Below, piece after piece: positions 1 through 8,769 of a stretch of DNA of 64,000 bases. Position 1 is the stretch's first letter, and each line of letters starts with the position of its first letter. The position numbers and the translations under genes were made by a program. This stretch comes from an uncultured Lachnospiraceae bacterium. GTDB lineage: Bacteria > Bacillota > Clostridia > Oscillospirales > CAG-272. The stretch lies in the NCBI GenBank assembly GCA_964582375.1, contig CAZORL010000004.1:18357-82356 (forward strand), written 5' to 3'. The notes beneath the pieces are model-generated. The model had not been told where the DNA came from, did not search any database, and saw only the letters and a program-made list of their open reading frames with translations.

Positions 1-1
1 G

Positions 2-688
2 ATGGTTCAAAAGGCGATGAATGTAAGCTCGGCGGCAGCTGTTTCGAAGGATATACTCGATGTTTCGGAAAGCGAGCTCACGGATCTTGCAAATCTCGCG
101 GGCATGATGAGATATTCGACCATGATATATCATTCAAAACTGCTTGAGTCGGCGATACTCTCGATAAATCGCGGTGCGGATAAGCGAATAACTGCCGAGA
201 TGGCACTCATACGCATGTGCAGTGAAGCGGCTGATGACTCAAATGAGGCTCTGTCCGCAAGGATCGACAGCCTTGACGAAAGACTCACACAGTATATGGC
301 AGGCTCACCGAAACCAATGACACAAAGTGTCCCCGAGGCAGAAACAGTTGTTGTTCCGGTTTCCGAAGAACATCTGCCCGAAGATCCACCTGTCAGCAAT
401 ATCATTGAAACCCACGAGTATGAGGGCTGGCAGGAGCTTGTCGAGAGTTACGAAAAGGTCGATAAGGGTGCGGCGGCATTTTTGTCAAATGCGACATTTG
501 AACTCTCCTCGGACGGCAGACTTATCGTGAAGCTTCGCGATGCATTTGCCAAAACGATACTCACCGACAAAAAGACACCCGATGCGCTCTTGTCGCTCAT
601 ACGAGCAAAGGGCGAGAGGGTCGGCTCGGTCGAGCTTACAGTTGAGAAAAAACAGATCGAAAAGAATCTTTTCGACGATCTTTTTTAA
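2..688 (+). CDS. dnaX: DNA polymerase III subunit gamma/tau, C-terminal part (5' end outside window)
   Basis: The frame is open from the window edge. It lies directly upstream of ybaB-recR, which reproduces the conserved dnaX-ybaB-recR order. The visible part is the poorly conserved C-terminal region, so the call rests mainly on synteny. Confidence 0.65.
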   Translation: MVQKAMNVSSAAAVSKDILDVSESELTDLANLAGMMRYSTMIYHSKLLESAILSINRGADKRITAEMALIRMCSEAADDSNEALSARIDSLDERLTQYMAGSPKPMTQSVPEAETVVVPVSEEHLPEDPPVSNIIETHEYEGWQELVESYEKVDKGAAAFLSNATFELSSDGRLIVKLRDAFAKTILTDKKTPDALLSLIRAKGERVGSVELTVEKKQIEKNLFDDLF

Positions 689-721
689 TAATTTAATTAT
701 AACGAAAAGGAATTGACACTT

Positions 722-1078
722 ATGAAATCAAGATTACCCGAAGGAATGGGCAAAGGTCCCGGAAACATGCAGTCAATGCTTAAGCAGGCACAAAAGATGC
801 AGGCTGATATGGAGGCAAAGCAGGCAGAGCTTGACGCTGCCGAATACGAAACTCAGGCGGGCGGCGGTGCCGTCACTGTCAAGATCAACGGCAAAAAGGA
901 GATACTTGCTATCGATATATCGCCCGACATCGTTGACCCCGACGATATCGAGACGCTGTCCGATATCATTGTTGCGGCGGTAAATCAGGCGATAAAGACC
1001 GTCGAATCCACAAATGAGGCGGCAATGTCAGAGATCACGGGCGGCATGAATATCCCCGGTCTTGGCGGAATGTTCTGA
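722..1078 (+). CDS. ybaB: Nucleoid-associated protein YbaB/EbfC
   Basis: The N-terminus is GNMQSMLKQAQKMQADMEAKQAEL and the size is typical. The ATG at 722 follows AAAGGA. The ORF-track start at 713 is a TTG lying inside or upstream of that RBS. Confidence 0.9.
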   Translation: MKSRLPEGMGKGPGNMQSMLKQAQKMQADMEAKQAELDAAEYETQAGGGAVTVKINGKKEILAIDISPDIVDPDDIETLSDIIVAAVNQAIKTVESTNEAAMSEITGGMNIPGLGGMF

Positions 1079-1080
1079 TA

Positions 1081-1683
1081 ATGAGCGAATTTGTACAGCC
1101 TCTCGAGAGACTGATAGAGCAGTTTGGCAGACTTCCGGGAGTCGGACGAAAGACCGCGACCAGATACGCACTTGCCATACTTGATCTTGATGAGGATAAG
1201 GCACTTGAGCTTTCGGATGCCATAATCGACGCCAAAAGAAAGATAAAACGTTGCAGAATTTGCAATAATATCTGCGAGGGCGATATATGCGATATCTGCG
1301 CCGATGACACACGCGCACCGATAATTTGCGTTGTCGAAGACGCACGCGCCGTCATGTCGATCGAGCGTGTACGCGATTTTCGCGGCAGATATCATGTCTT
1401 GGACGGTGTCATATCGCCCATGAACGGCGTGGGACCCGAACAGTTGAAGATCAGAGAACTTCTTGAGCGTATCAACAACGAGAACATCAGCGAGGTCATT
1501 GTTGCAACAAACCCGACGATCGAGGGTGAAGCGACTGCTATGTATCTGACTAAGCTTCTTGCACCCTTTGAGATCAAGGTCTCAAGACTTGCATACGGCA
1601 TACCGGTCGGTGCGGATCTCGAATACGCCGATGAGGTCACCCTCTTCCGTGCGCTCGACGGCAGACGTGAAATAAAACAGTAG
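1081..1683 (+). CDS. recR: Recombination protein RecR
   Basis: Has the HhH motif GVGRKTATRYA, the zinc finger CRICNNICEGDICDIC and a Toprim region (VIVATNPTIEGEATAMY). It starts 3 nt after the ybaB stop. Confidence 0.95.
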   Translation: MSEFVQPLERLIEQFGRLPGVGRKTATRYALAILDLDEDKALELSDAIIDAKRKIKRCRICNNICEGDICDICADDTRAPIICVVEDARAVMSIERVRDFRGRYHVLDGVISPMNGVGPEQLKIRELLERINNENISEVIVATNPTIEGEATAMYLTKLLAPFEIKVSRLAYGIPVGADLEYADEVTLFRALDGRREIKQ

Positions 1684-1712
1684 TGAAGGTATCTTCAATA
1701 TCATCATAACCG

Positions 1713-1750
1713 AAAATCAGCAGAAGGATAAACCCTCTGCTGATTTTTTA
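1713..1750. terminator. Bidirectional rho-independent terminator between recR (+) and the peptidase gene (-)
   Basis: Hairpin ATCAGCAGA...TCTGCTGAT is flanked by an A-run on the left and TTTTTT on the right. Confidence 0.75.
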
Positions 1751-1764
1751 TGTATGTCACTTGG

Positions 1765-3669
1765 TCAACTGCCCTGCGCTACCCAAAGGTAGGAGAGAAT
1801 CGGCACATCCTTGAGCCTTGCCCAAAGGTTGTCAAATTCGCGCATCATAAGCGGACTTGACGATGTTCCGCATTCGATCGTGAGTGAGGGTATGCCGATG
1901 GTTACCGCCCAGTCGTGAAGTCCTGCAGTGCTGGTCGTCGATTCGGGTCCGATTATGTATCCCGATCTGCCTGCTATAAAACGGGCGATCTTGTTGCATT
2001 TTGCGTTGGTTTCCGGATGATCGCGATAGGTATCGTAAATGTAAGAGCCTGATGTGTGGTAGACAAGCACAAGATCGAAGTTCTCGGAGCGTATGTAGTC
2101 GGCAACAGCCTTTGCCTCGGCGGCTGATTCGGGTGCGGTTCCTTTGTAGCTTTGGAACGAGGGTCTGCTCGTCGAGCCGAGATGACCGCCGTAATTTTCC
2201 CAATCGGCATCAAAGTTGGCGTTCAGATCGACGCCGAGCGCATTTGCCTTCCACTTGGTCGTGTATGACGAGTTGTATCTGTTCTTAAACATTTCGGGAA
2301 GCTCTCCCGATGTTACGATGTATGCGCCATCGGGATTTGTAAAGGGCAAGAAACATATGCAGACATCGTTCAACATGTCACCGACGGTCAAGTCGCCGAT
2401 CCCACAAGAAAGGTCTCTCTGCGAGAGGAGATACTCTATCTGTGTCATCGCAAGCGTTGCCGTCATATATTCGCGCGCGTGGATCGCCGCTGAGATAAAA
2501 ATGCGGTTCTCGGCGTTCGGATTGCCGACGATCGCCACCGTCATGTCTCTGCCTTCCTCGCTTTTGCCGATCGATCTCAACGTCAGCATGTCGGGGTACA
2601 GCTCCTTGAGCTTTGCAAGATCCTCCTGCATTTTATAGTAGTCATAGTCGTAACAAACATCTACGGTCGAAATAACGCTCTTGTAGCCCTTTTCGTCGGT
2701 CTGCTTTATGTATGCGGCGTGTGCATATCCAAATGAGCCGTTGTATTCGCAATAGGCAAACTTTTCGGTGAAGAAGATCACTTTTACAAGCTCGCCGTTT
2801 GCTATGCTGATCGTTGTGTCGCCGCTCAGCGATGGGGCGGATCTGAAGGATATCGAGGTGTCGCAGTTTACGATCCAGCTCTCGCATTCGACGACCCCAC
2901 CATCGCTTACCGTAAGAGTTGCGGCAAGCGAGTGCTCGGTGCTGTCCACATAGCTGTACCATTCGTCGAGATAGGGAACAAACCCGGCTGCTGTCATAAT
3001 GTCATCGAGCATTTGCACATTTGCCTTTTGAGCATCGGTCGCACCATCAAGATCTCGTGAGCGACCATCCCCGAAGAAATCGGAGGGAAGATCGATAAGA
3101 TTACCGTCCTTGTCGGCGGCGGCGATCGATACGGCGTCGGCGTGGCTGTAGCGAACATATTCACCCGAGGCGGGTGATATCAAACACTCGGGCTGTGTGT
3201 AATAGAGTGCCATTTGCGCTTCAAGCGGACGAAATGCATCCCAGATAACGAGAGTCAGTCCGCGAGCCTCGAGCATCTCCTTGGCTTTTTCCAGCTTTAG
3301 AAGTGTGTCATAACGAAGATACGCACCGTTATATTTGTATATCTGCGTCTTTGTGCTGTTGTTCGTGCCGCCGTATCGAATATCGATCATTATGTCATCG
3401 AAATAATCGGCAACATTCACGATATCGCTCGTGTTTGTCGGCGGATCGGATGGCACCCACGGCTTTGCTGTCGTTACTGCCTCCGTAGTTGTTGACGCTG
3501 GCGGAGGTGTCGTATTTACCTGACCGACCGTGTTTGATGTCGTCGTGTCGGTCTTGCCTTTGTCAGAACCCTTTGACGCTCTGTTTGATTTTATGCATGA
3601 CGCAACGCTTGCCGCAACAATAAGGGCGACAAGCAGAAAAGATGTGATCTTTATAAGCCTTACGGGCAT
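1765..3669 (-). CDS. Lipoprotein with a VanX-like (M15D) domain, an SH3b-like domain and an M14 zinc carboxypeptidase (gamma-D-Glu-diamino acid peptidase type)
   Basis: Signal peptide with lipobox SVASC. VanX-like motifs IDIRYGGTNN and AFRPLEAQ. The M14 domain has HAREY (HxxE), VYHTSG and LTIECG. Confidence 0.75.
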   Translation of the reverse strand: MPVRLIKITSFLLVALIVAASVASCIKSNRASKGSDKGKTDTTTSNTVGQVNTTPPPASTTTEAVTTAKPWVPSDPPTNTSDIVNVADYFDDIMIDIRYGGTNNSTKTQIYKYNGAYLRYDTLLKLEKAKEMLEARGLTLVIWDAFRPLEAQMALYYTQPECLISPASGEYVRYSHADAVSIAAADKDGNLIDLPSDFFGDGRSRDLDGATDAQKANVQMLDDIMTAAGFVPYLDEWYSYVDSTEHSLAATLTVSDGGVVECESWIVNCDTSISFRSAPSLSGDTTISIANGELVKVIFFTEKFAYCEYNGSFGYAHAAYIKQTDEKGYKSVISTVDVCYDYDYYKMQEDLAKLKELYPDMLTLRSIGKSEEGRDMTVAIVGNPNAENRIFISAAIHAREYMTATLAMTQIEYLLSQRDLSCGIGDLTVGDMLNDVCICFLPFTNPDGAYIVTSGELPEMFKNRYNSSYTTKWKANALGVDLNANFDADWENYGGHLGSTSRPSFQSYKGTAPESAAEAKAVADYIRSENFDLVLVYHTSGSYIYDTYRDHPETNAKCNKIARFIAGRSGYIIGPESTTSTAGLHDWAVTIGIPSLTIECGTSSSPLMMREFDNLWARLKDVPILSYLWVAQGS

Positions 3670-3707
3670 TTATTCAAGCCTCCGATCGGGGGTAAATCAT
3701 CAATAAA

Positions 3708-4433
3708 TCAATATAAAAATCCGCCGCCGTAATCGCAAAGCGACGTTGAACCGAGGGCGATAGGTGAAAATCCCGCCGATCTGATAAAATCGACCATTTT
3801 AATGCCATCGGGATGTGTGAGGGGATCGCCGAAAAAGAAAACATCATGTCCATGTACGATCGTCGCACCGCCGATAAATCCTCTGTCGTATCCCTGAAGG
3901 GAAATGCCCGACGGCGATATGGTCAGCACCTCTGCACCAAGCGATGAGAGAATATCGGACAGTCCTTTGTCGGATGTAATCGCATGGTTGCCGAAAAGAC
4001 AGACACTGCAACGAGCATACCCTTGTTTTGCGGCAATTTGACGCAGTCCAAGCCTTTGCAACTCGCGCGGGAGCATATCGACCCTGCCGATAATGTTTTC
4101 TTTGTATATCAAAAAATTCAAAAGAATGTCGCCCGGATATTTTTTATCGGGGACATTGTCAACATGGCGAATTTTGTCGGATAACACCATTGGCAAAGAC
4201 GCAACATACTCGCCAAACATGTATATCTTTCCATCCGGTGTTGGAAGGGCAAGCATGTCGGGATGGGACGCAACGGGTGTGTCAAGCCGATCATATGAGG
4301 GTAGGCGAATGACACCCGACATCTTGCCGATCTTGTTTAAGAGAGCCTCCGAAAAGCTATTCGGCAGATCGCCCGATATAAACAAATAAGGACGGACAAC
4401 ATGTCCGTCCTCGTATGTCGGGAAAACGATCAT
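3708..4433 (-). CDS. Uncharacterised conserved protein, possibly guanidino-modifying-enzyme (pentein) fold
   Basis: 241-aa ORF whose ATG overlaps the rpmB stop (TAATG). It has an HPDM motif and a C-terminal SLCDYGGGF, reminiscent of pentein-fold enzymes with a C-terminal catalytic Cys. I recall similar proteins annotated as a DUF-type GME-fold family. This is not verified. Confidence 0.4.
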   Translation of the reverse strand: MIVFPTYEDGHVVRPYLFISGDLPNSFSEALLNKIGKMSGVIRLPSYDRLDTPVASHPDMLALPTPDGKIYMFGEYVASLPMVLSDKIRHVDNVPDKKYPGDILLNFLIYKENIIGRVDMLPRELQRLGLRQIAAKQGYARCSVCLFGNHAITSDKGLSDILSSLGAEVLTISPSGISLQGYDRGFIGGATIVHGHDVFFFGDPLTHPDGIKMVDFIRSAGFSPIALGSTSLCDYGGGFLY

Positions 4434-4729
4434 TAAGCGTTCTCAGCCGAAGCCTCGGACACTGCTTCAACTTCAGCAGGTTCTATAACGACAGCTTCAA
4501 CAGCAGCCTCTGTAAGGGGTGCTTCTTTGACCTTGATCTCGGTCTGTACACGGTTGAGCTTGCCGGAACGCAGACAACGGGAGCATACATAGACGGTCTT
4601 GTGAGTTCCGTTTATGTCGGCCTTTACCTTTCTGATGTTCGGCTTCCATGTTCTGTTTGTCTTGCGATGGGAGTGGGATACACTTGCACCGAAAACTACG
4701 CTCTTGCCGCAGAGTTCACATTTAGCCAT
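4433..4729 (-). CDS. rpmB: 50S ribosomal protein L28 with an acidic C-terminal extension of about 36 aa
   Basis: MAKCELCGKSVVFGASVSHSHRKTNRTWKPNIRKVK...YVCSRCLRSGKLNRV matches L28 from end to end. A tail QTEIKVKEAPLTEAAVEAVVIEPAEVEAVSEASAENA follows. GGAGG lies upstream of the ATG. Confidence 0.9.
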   Translation of the reverse strand: MAKCELCGKSVVFGASVSHSHRKTNRTWKPNIRKVKADINGTHKTVYVCSRCLRSGKLNRVQTEIKVKEAPLTEAAVEAVVIEPAEVEAVSEASAENA

Positions 4730-4772
4730 ACTCTATACCTCCAATTTTGTAATTATCAATTCAGCGTTTACC

Positions 4773-4801
4773 ATTATAGCATATTTCTTCGAAAAATGCA
4801 A
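4773..4801 (-). promoter_or_regulatory. Sigma-A type promoter of rpmB
   Basis: On the minus strand: TTGCAT, 17 nt, TATAAT. Confidence 0.55.
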
Positions 4802-4831
4802 TAGTTTTTCGAAAAATTCTTAAAAAGTTTA

Positions 4832-5707
4832 TCATTTTTCTTCGCCGCTTTCATCGCTTTCGTCATCGTCGATGCGGTGAAGAGATCTTTTTGCGTCTTT
4901 AGACTCATTTTCGGCACTGACGCTCTGTTCGGTTTTGCCTTTTTTCTTTTTGAAACTGATCTTGCTTTCGGTCCCCGATAGCAGTCTTCCGATATTTTGC
5001 CTGTGTGCGAACACGACCGCGATTGTCATCAGCAGAGAAGAGGTCACCGTTATGATCGACGGATGGATGCCGCCGCTTGTCAGAAGGAATATGCGGTCGA
5101 GCACAAGCGGAAAGATAAGTGCGGATATGATCGAGCCGAGCGATACAAACTTTGTGCCGATTGTCACAACGAGAAATGTCAGAACGATTATCGCACCGAC
5201 GATCGGATCGGCAGCAAATATTATGCCTGCCGATGTTGCCGCACCCTTGCCACCCTTGAACTTAAAGAATATCGGGAAGCAGTGACCGAGAATGCAGCAA
5301 AAACCCGCAAGATAGCCAACATTGTAACCGATAAGCAGTATCGGAATGAGGGTTGCCGCAACACCCTTGGCAAAATCACCGACGAGCGTCAGCACCCCCG
5401 CGACCGTTCCGTATGTGCGGTTCATGTTCGTGCTGCCTGCGTTGTGACTGCCGTAGTTTCGCACATCGTCGTGGAAGACATACTTTGATATCAGCATCGA
5501 AAAATTGAGACTTCCGAGCACATATGCAAGGATCGCAAAACCAAATGTAATAAGCGTGAGAAGCCATATCGGATGCTCGGATGTAACTCCGGTCAGCATG
5601 CTCGCACCATCGACGTCAGAGCATATAGGCTTAATGTCGAACAATTTCCTGATGACACCCGGAGCCGGGTCGTTGTTAAAAAACAGTCTGTAAAGGAATA
5701 ATTCCAT
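4832..5707 (-). CDS. plsY: Glycerol-3-phosphate acyltransferase PlsY (acyl-phosphate dependent), with a charged C-terminal tail
   Basis: Motifs GSHNAGSTN, FPIFFKFKGGKGAATS. The ATG at 5707 lies 3 nt after the der stop, and an alternative ATG sits at 5599. The C-terminal 45 aa or so are Lys/Glu/Asp-rich. Confidence 0.85.
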   Translation of the reverse strand: MELFLYRLFFNNDPAPGVIRKLFDIKPICSDVDGASMLTGVTSEHPIWLLTLITFGFAILAYVLGSLNFSMLISKYVFHDDVRNYGSHNAGSTNMNRTYGTVAGVLTLVGDFAKGVAATLIPILLIGYNVGYLAGFCCILGHCFPIFFKFKGGKGAATSAGIIFAADPIVGAIIVLTFLVVTIGTKFVSLGSIISALIFPLVLDRIFLLTSGGIHPSIITVTSSLLMTIAVVFAHRQNIGRLLSGTESKISFKKKKGKTEQSVSAENESKDAKRSLHRIDDDESDESGEEK

Positions 5708-5710
5708 TTG

Positions 5711-7045
5711 TCAGTCGCCCCCCTCGTCGCCCTTCATGCGGATATTCAGTCTTATCGGCGTGCCGTTGAAGCCGAATACCTGACGGAGCTGATTTTCAAT
5801 ATATCTCTGATATGAAAAATGGAACAGTCGTGCATCGTTGCAGAAGATAACGAATGTCGGCGGCTTGACGCCAACCTGCGTCATGTAATAGATCTTTAGT
5901 CTGCGTCCCTTGTCGGACGGTGGCTGAACGCGAGCCTGCGCATCCGCGAGCATGTCGTTGAGCATACCTGTTGTTACACGCATGCATGACTGATCGTTTA
6001 TGTAAACGATGTTCTCAAAAAGCTTTTCAACACGCTGTCCCGTCTTTGCCGAGACAAAGAGTATCGGCGCGTAGGGCATGTACGAAAGGGAAGTTCTGAT
6101 CTTGTCGGTAAATTCCTTGACGGTCGTGTTGTCCTTTTCGATAAGATCCCACTTGTTGACGACTATGATCGAGGCCTTTCCCGCATCGTGGGCAAGTCCT
6201 GCGATCTTTTCGTCCTGTTCGGTGATCCCTTGAGATGCGTCGATCATGATCAGACAGACATCGGCACGATCAACTGCCATTTTTGCACGCAGAACCGAGT
6301 ATTTTTCTATTCTGTCCTCGATCTTTGCCTGACGGCGGATGCCCGCAGTGTCGATCAAGGTGAATTTTCCGTATTCGTTGTCAACATTTGTGTCGATCGC
6401 ATCACGCGTCGTGCCCGCAATGTCCGAAACGATAAGCCTGTTTTCGCCGAGTATCTTGTTGATTATCGACGATTTTCCTGCATTCGGCTTGCCGATGACA
6501 GCGACCTTTATTCGATCGTCGTCGTCATCCGACGCCTCCCACTCGGGCAGATAGTCGTACACGGCGTCAAGCAGATCGCCCGTGCCGCTTCCGTGGACAG
6601 AGGAGAGCGCAATCGGGTCTGTGGGGAAACCAAGCTCGTAAAATTCGTAATATTCGGGTGGCGGTGCGCCGACAGTGTCGCATTTGTTGACCGCAACGAC
6701 AACAGGTTTACCCGAGCGTAAAAGCATGCGGGATATGTCGCGATCGTCGGCGGTAAGTCCCGTGCGGCTGTCGCACATAAATATAATAACATCGGCACTT
6801 TCAATGGCGATCTCGGCTTGCATGCGCATGTGACGAAGTATCACGTCATCGCAGGTAGGCTCAATTCCGCCTGTGTCGATCAGCATGCAGGATCTGCCGC
6901 GCCACTCTATTTCGTAATAAATGCGGTCGCGCGTGACACCGGGCGTGTCTTCGACGATCGATATCCGCTCCCCTGCAAGCTTGTTGAAAAGGGTGGATTT
7001 GCCGACATTCGGTCGCCCTACTATGGCAATTATGGGTTTGCTCAT
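5711..7045 (-). CDS. der: Ribosome-associated GTPase Der/EngA
   Basis: Two tandem GTPase domains (GRPNVGKST...DTGG; GKPNAGKSS...DTAG...NKWD) and a KH-like C-terminus. Confidence 0.95.
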   Translation of the reverse strand: MSKPIIAIVGRPNVGKSTLFNKLAGERISIVEDTPGVTRDRIYYEIEWRGRSCMLIDTGGIEPTCDDVILRHMRMQAEIAIESADVIIFMCDSRTGLTADDRDISRMLLRSGKPVVVAVNKCDTVGAPPPEYYEFYELGFPTDPIALSSVHGSGTGDLLDAVYDYLPEWEASDDDDDRIKVAVIGKPNAGKSSIINKILGENRLIVSDIAGTTRDAIDTNVDNEYGKFTLIDTAGIRRQAKIEDRIEKYSVLRAKMAVDRADVCLIMIDASQGITEQDEKIAGLAHDAGKASIIVVNKWDLIEKDNTTVKEFTDKIRTSLSYMPYAPILFVSAKTGQRVEKLFENIVYINDQSCMRVTTGMLNDMLADAQARVQPPSDKGRRLKIYYMTQVGVKPPTFVIFCNDARLFHFSYQRYIENQLRQVFGFNGTPIRLNIRMKGDEGGD

Positions 7046-7069
7046 CCGCTCTGACTTCCTTTCCGCATA

Positions 7070-8476
7070 TCAAATTTCATACTCGTCGTTTGCCGCACCG
7101 AGTATTTTGTATATAAAATCATATCCGTCGGCATCTACGGTGATTATCTTCACCGACAGTGCCTTCTCGACCTGCTCGATCGATGTGCCGTCAAGGAACA
7201 GATCTCCCTCGTCGCGAAGCATCGACGATGATAAAAACAGCACATCACCGAGTTTTTTGCCGCTCAGCTGTTTAATAAGATCACATCCGCATATAAGCCC
7301 CGATACGGTGATAGTGTGCCCGAAAAAGTCGTTTTCGATCAGATAAACATTGCCCGAGAGCTTCTCCGATCTCGCACAAAGCTTTGATGTTATCGACTCG
7401 ATAAAACGAAACGCCGCTTGCCCTGTCGCTATCGAAAAATTAAACGTCTTGCTCGGCAGTTCATCATCCTCGAGATCTCGAAGTGCCGACACAAATTCGG
7501 TGTTCATCGATCTTATCATCCCGACACCGTTTTCGATCTGCGGGTAACCGTCGTAATAATCCTCGCTCGGCATCTTTCTGTCCGCCACCAAGAAAAATTC
7601 ATCCGACGGATAAAAGAGCCGTACTCCGTGCTCTTTTACAAATCTGTCTCCGAAGCTGTCGATAATGTCGATGACCTGCCCTGCGCCTTCGGCATCAAAG
7701 ACTTCAAGAGGATATAGCCCCTCCCGGTGCGCCGTGATCCCTGCTGGGACGACCGCTACAGAGCCGATTCCGGGGTAGAGTGCGCCGAGATCGCCAAGGG
7801 TGCGTATGAGTTCGTCGCCGTCATTTATGCCCTTGCAAAGCACGATTTGGGCGTTTACGGTTATTCCGCCGTCCACAAGCCGCTTGATGTAAGTCAGCAC
7901 TTGACCGGCAAATCTGTTTGAGAGCATCTTGCAACGAAGCTCGGGATTTGTCGTGTGGACAGATATGTTGATCGGCGACATCTTCATCTTTATGATCCGA
8001 TCAATGTCCGACTCGCTCATGTTGGTGAGCGTTATGTAGTTGCCCATCAAAAACGAAAGGCGTGAGTCGTCGTCCTTGAAGTAGATCGTGTCGCGCATTC
8101 CGTGCGGGTTTTGATCGATAAAGCAAAAAATGCATTTGTTTCTGCAGGTCTGCTTTTTGTCCATGAGAAATGTCTCAAATTCCATCCCCGGGTCGTCGTA
8201 CTGATCTTTTACTATTTTGAAGGTCAGAAGATCGGCTCCTCGGTGAATGAGAAGATCTATCTCTTTTTCTGTTATGTAATATCTGTAATCGAGGACGTCG
8301 CGAACGTCGCTGCCGTTTACCGATATGAGTATGTCACCCGGCAAAATGCCGACCTTTTCAGCATGTGAGCCATTAATTATCGATTTTACGGTAACCACAC
8401 CAAATACATCCTCTCTGCGATTGCTTTTTCTGAAGTTAGCAAAGCGGGGCGTGTTCAAATAAGAAACACGCCCCAA
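7070..8476 (-). CDS. PDZ domain plus radical SAM protein (DUF512-type), function unknown
   Basis: The N-terminus is PDZ-like (GSHAEKVGILPGDILISVNG) and the radical SAM motif is CRNKCIFC. It sits upstream of der. The start is uncertain: 8476 is a TTG, while the GTG at 8398 follows AGAGGA and is more plausible. Confidence 0.7.
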   Translation of the reverse strand: MGRVSYLNTPRFANFRKSNRREDVFGVVTVKSIINGSHAEKVGILPGDILISVNGSDVRDVLDYRYYITEKEIDLLIHRGADLLTFKIVKDQYDDPGMEFETFLMDKKQTCRNKCIFCFIDQNPHGMRDTIYFKDDDSRLSFLMGNYITLTNMSESDIDRIIKMKMSPINISVHTTNPELRCKMLSNRFAGQVLTYIKRLVDGGITVNAQIVLCKGINDGDELIRTLGDLGALYPGIGSVAVVPAGITAHREGLYPLEVFDAEGAGQVIDIIDSFGDRFVKEHGVRLFYPSDEFFLVADRKMPSEDYYDGYPQIENGVGMIRSMNTEFVSALRDLEDDELPSKTFNFSIATGQAAFRFIESITSKLCARSEKLSGNVYLIENDFFGHTITVSGLICGCDLIKQLSGKKLGDVLFLSSSMLRDEGDLFLDGTSIEQVEKALSVKIITVDADGYDFIYKILGAANDEYEI

Positions 8477-8477
8477 A

Positions 8478-8519
8478 ACGCTTCATAAAACCGCGGACAG
8501 ACATGCATCATCTGTCCGC
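8478..8519 (-). terminator. Terminator after rpmF
   Basis: Hairpin GCGGACAGA...TCTGTCCGC is followed on the minus strand by GGTTTTATGAAGCGTTTT. Confidence 0.55.
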
Positions 8520-8528
8520 AACTTGAGA

Positions 8529-8711
8529 TCAAGCTTCGACCTTCAGAATTTCTTTGCCGTTGTAGGTTCCGCAGTTCTTGCAAACTCTGTGAGCAAGAAC
8601 ATACTCACCGCACTTCGGGCACTTCTGTATCTGGGGTGTTTCGAGCTTCCAAACGCTTGAGCGTCTCTTGTCGCGTCTTGCCTTCGATACTTTTCTCTTT
8701 GGTACTGCCAT
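8529..8711 (-). CDS. rpmF: 50S ribosomal protein L32
   Basis: [17 protein letters not shown] plus the zinc ribbon [18 protein letters not shown]. Confidence 0.95.
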   Translation of the reverse strand: MAVPKRKVSKARRDKRRSSVWKLETPQIQKCPKCGEYVLAHRVCKNCGTYNGKEILKVEA

Positions 8712-8769
8712 AAGTGTACACCTCCTAAAAACTCATACATACCTAAACTACATTATACAACATTTTTTT

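Noticed and set aside
4783-4815. TTTTTCGAAAAA-type palindromes, with two copies upstream of rpmB and a similar one at about 11019-11031 upstream of spoIIAA, considered as Spo0A boxes.
   Set aside because: TTCGAAA matches the reverse 0A box TTCGACA at 6 of 7 positions. The motif is short, A/T-rich and expected by chance in these intergenic regions. A ribosomal-protein gene is an unlikely Spo0A target, so the evidence is insufficient.
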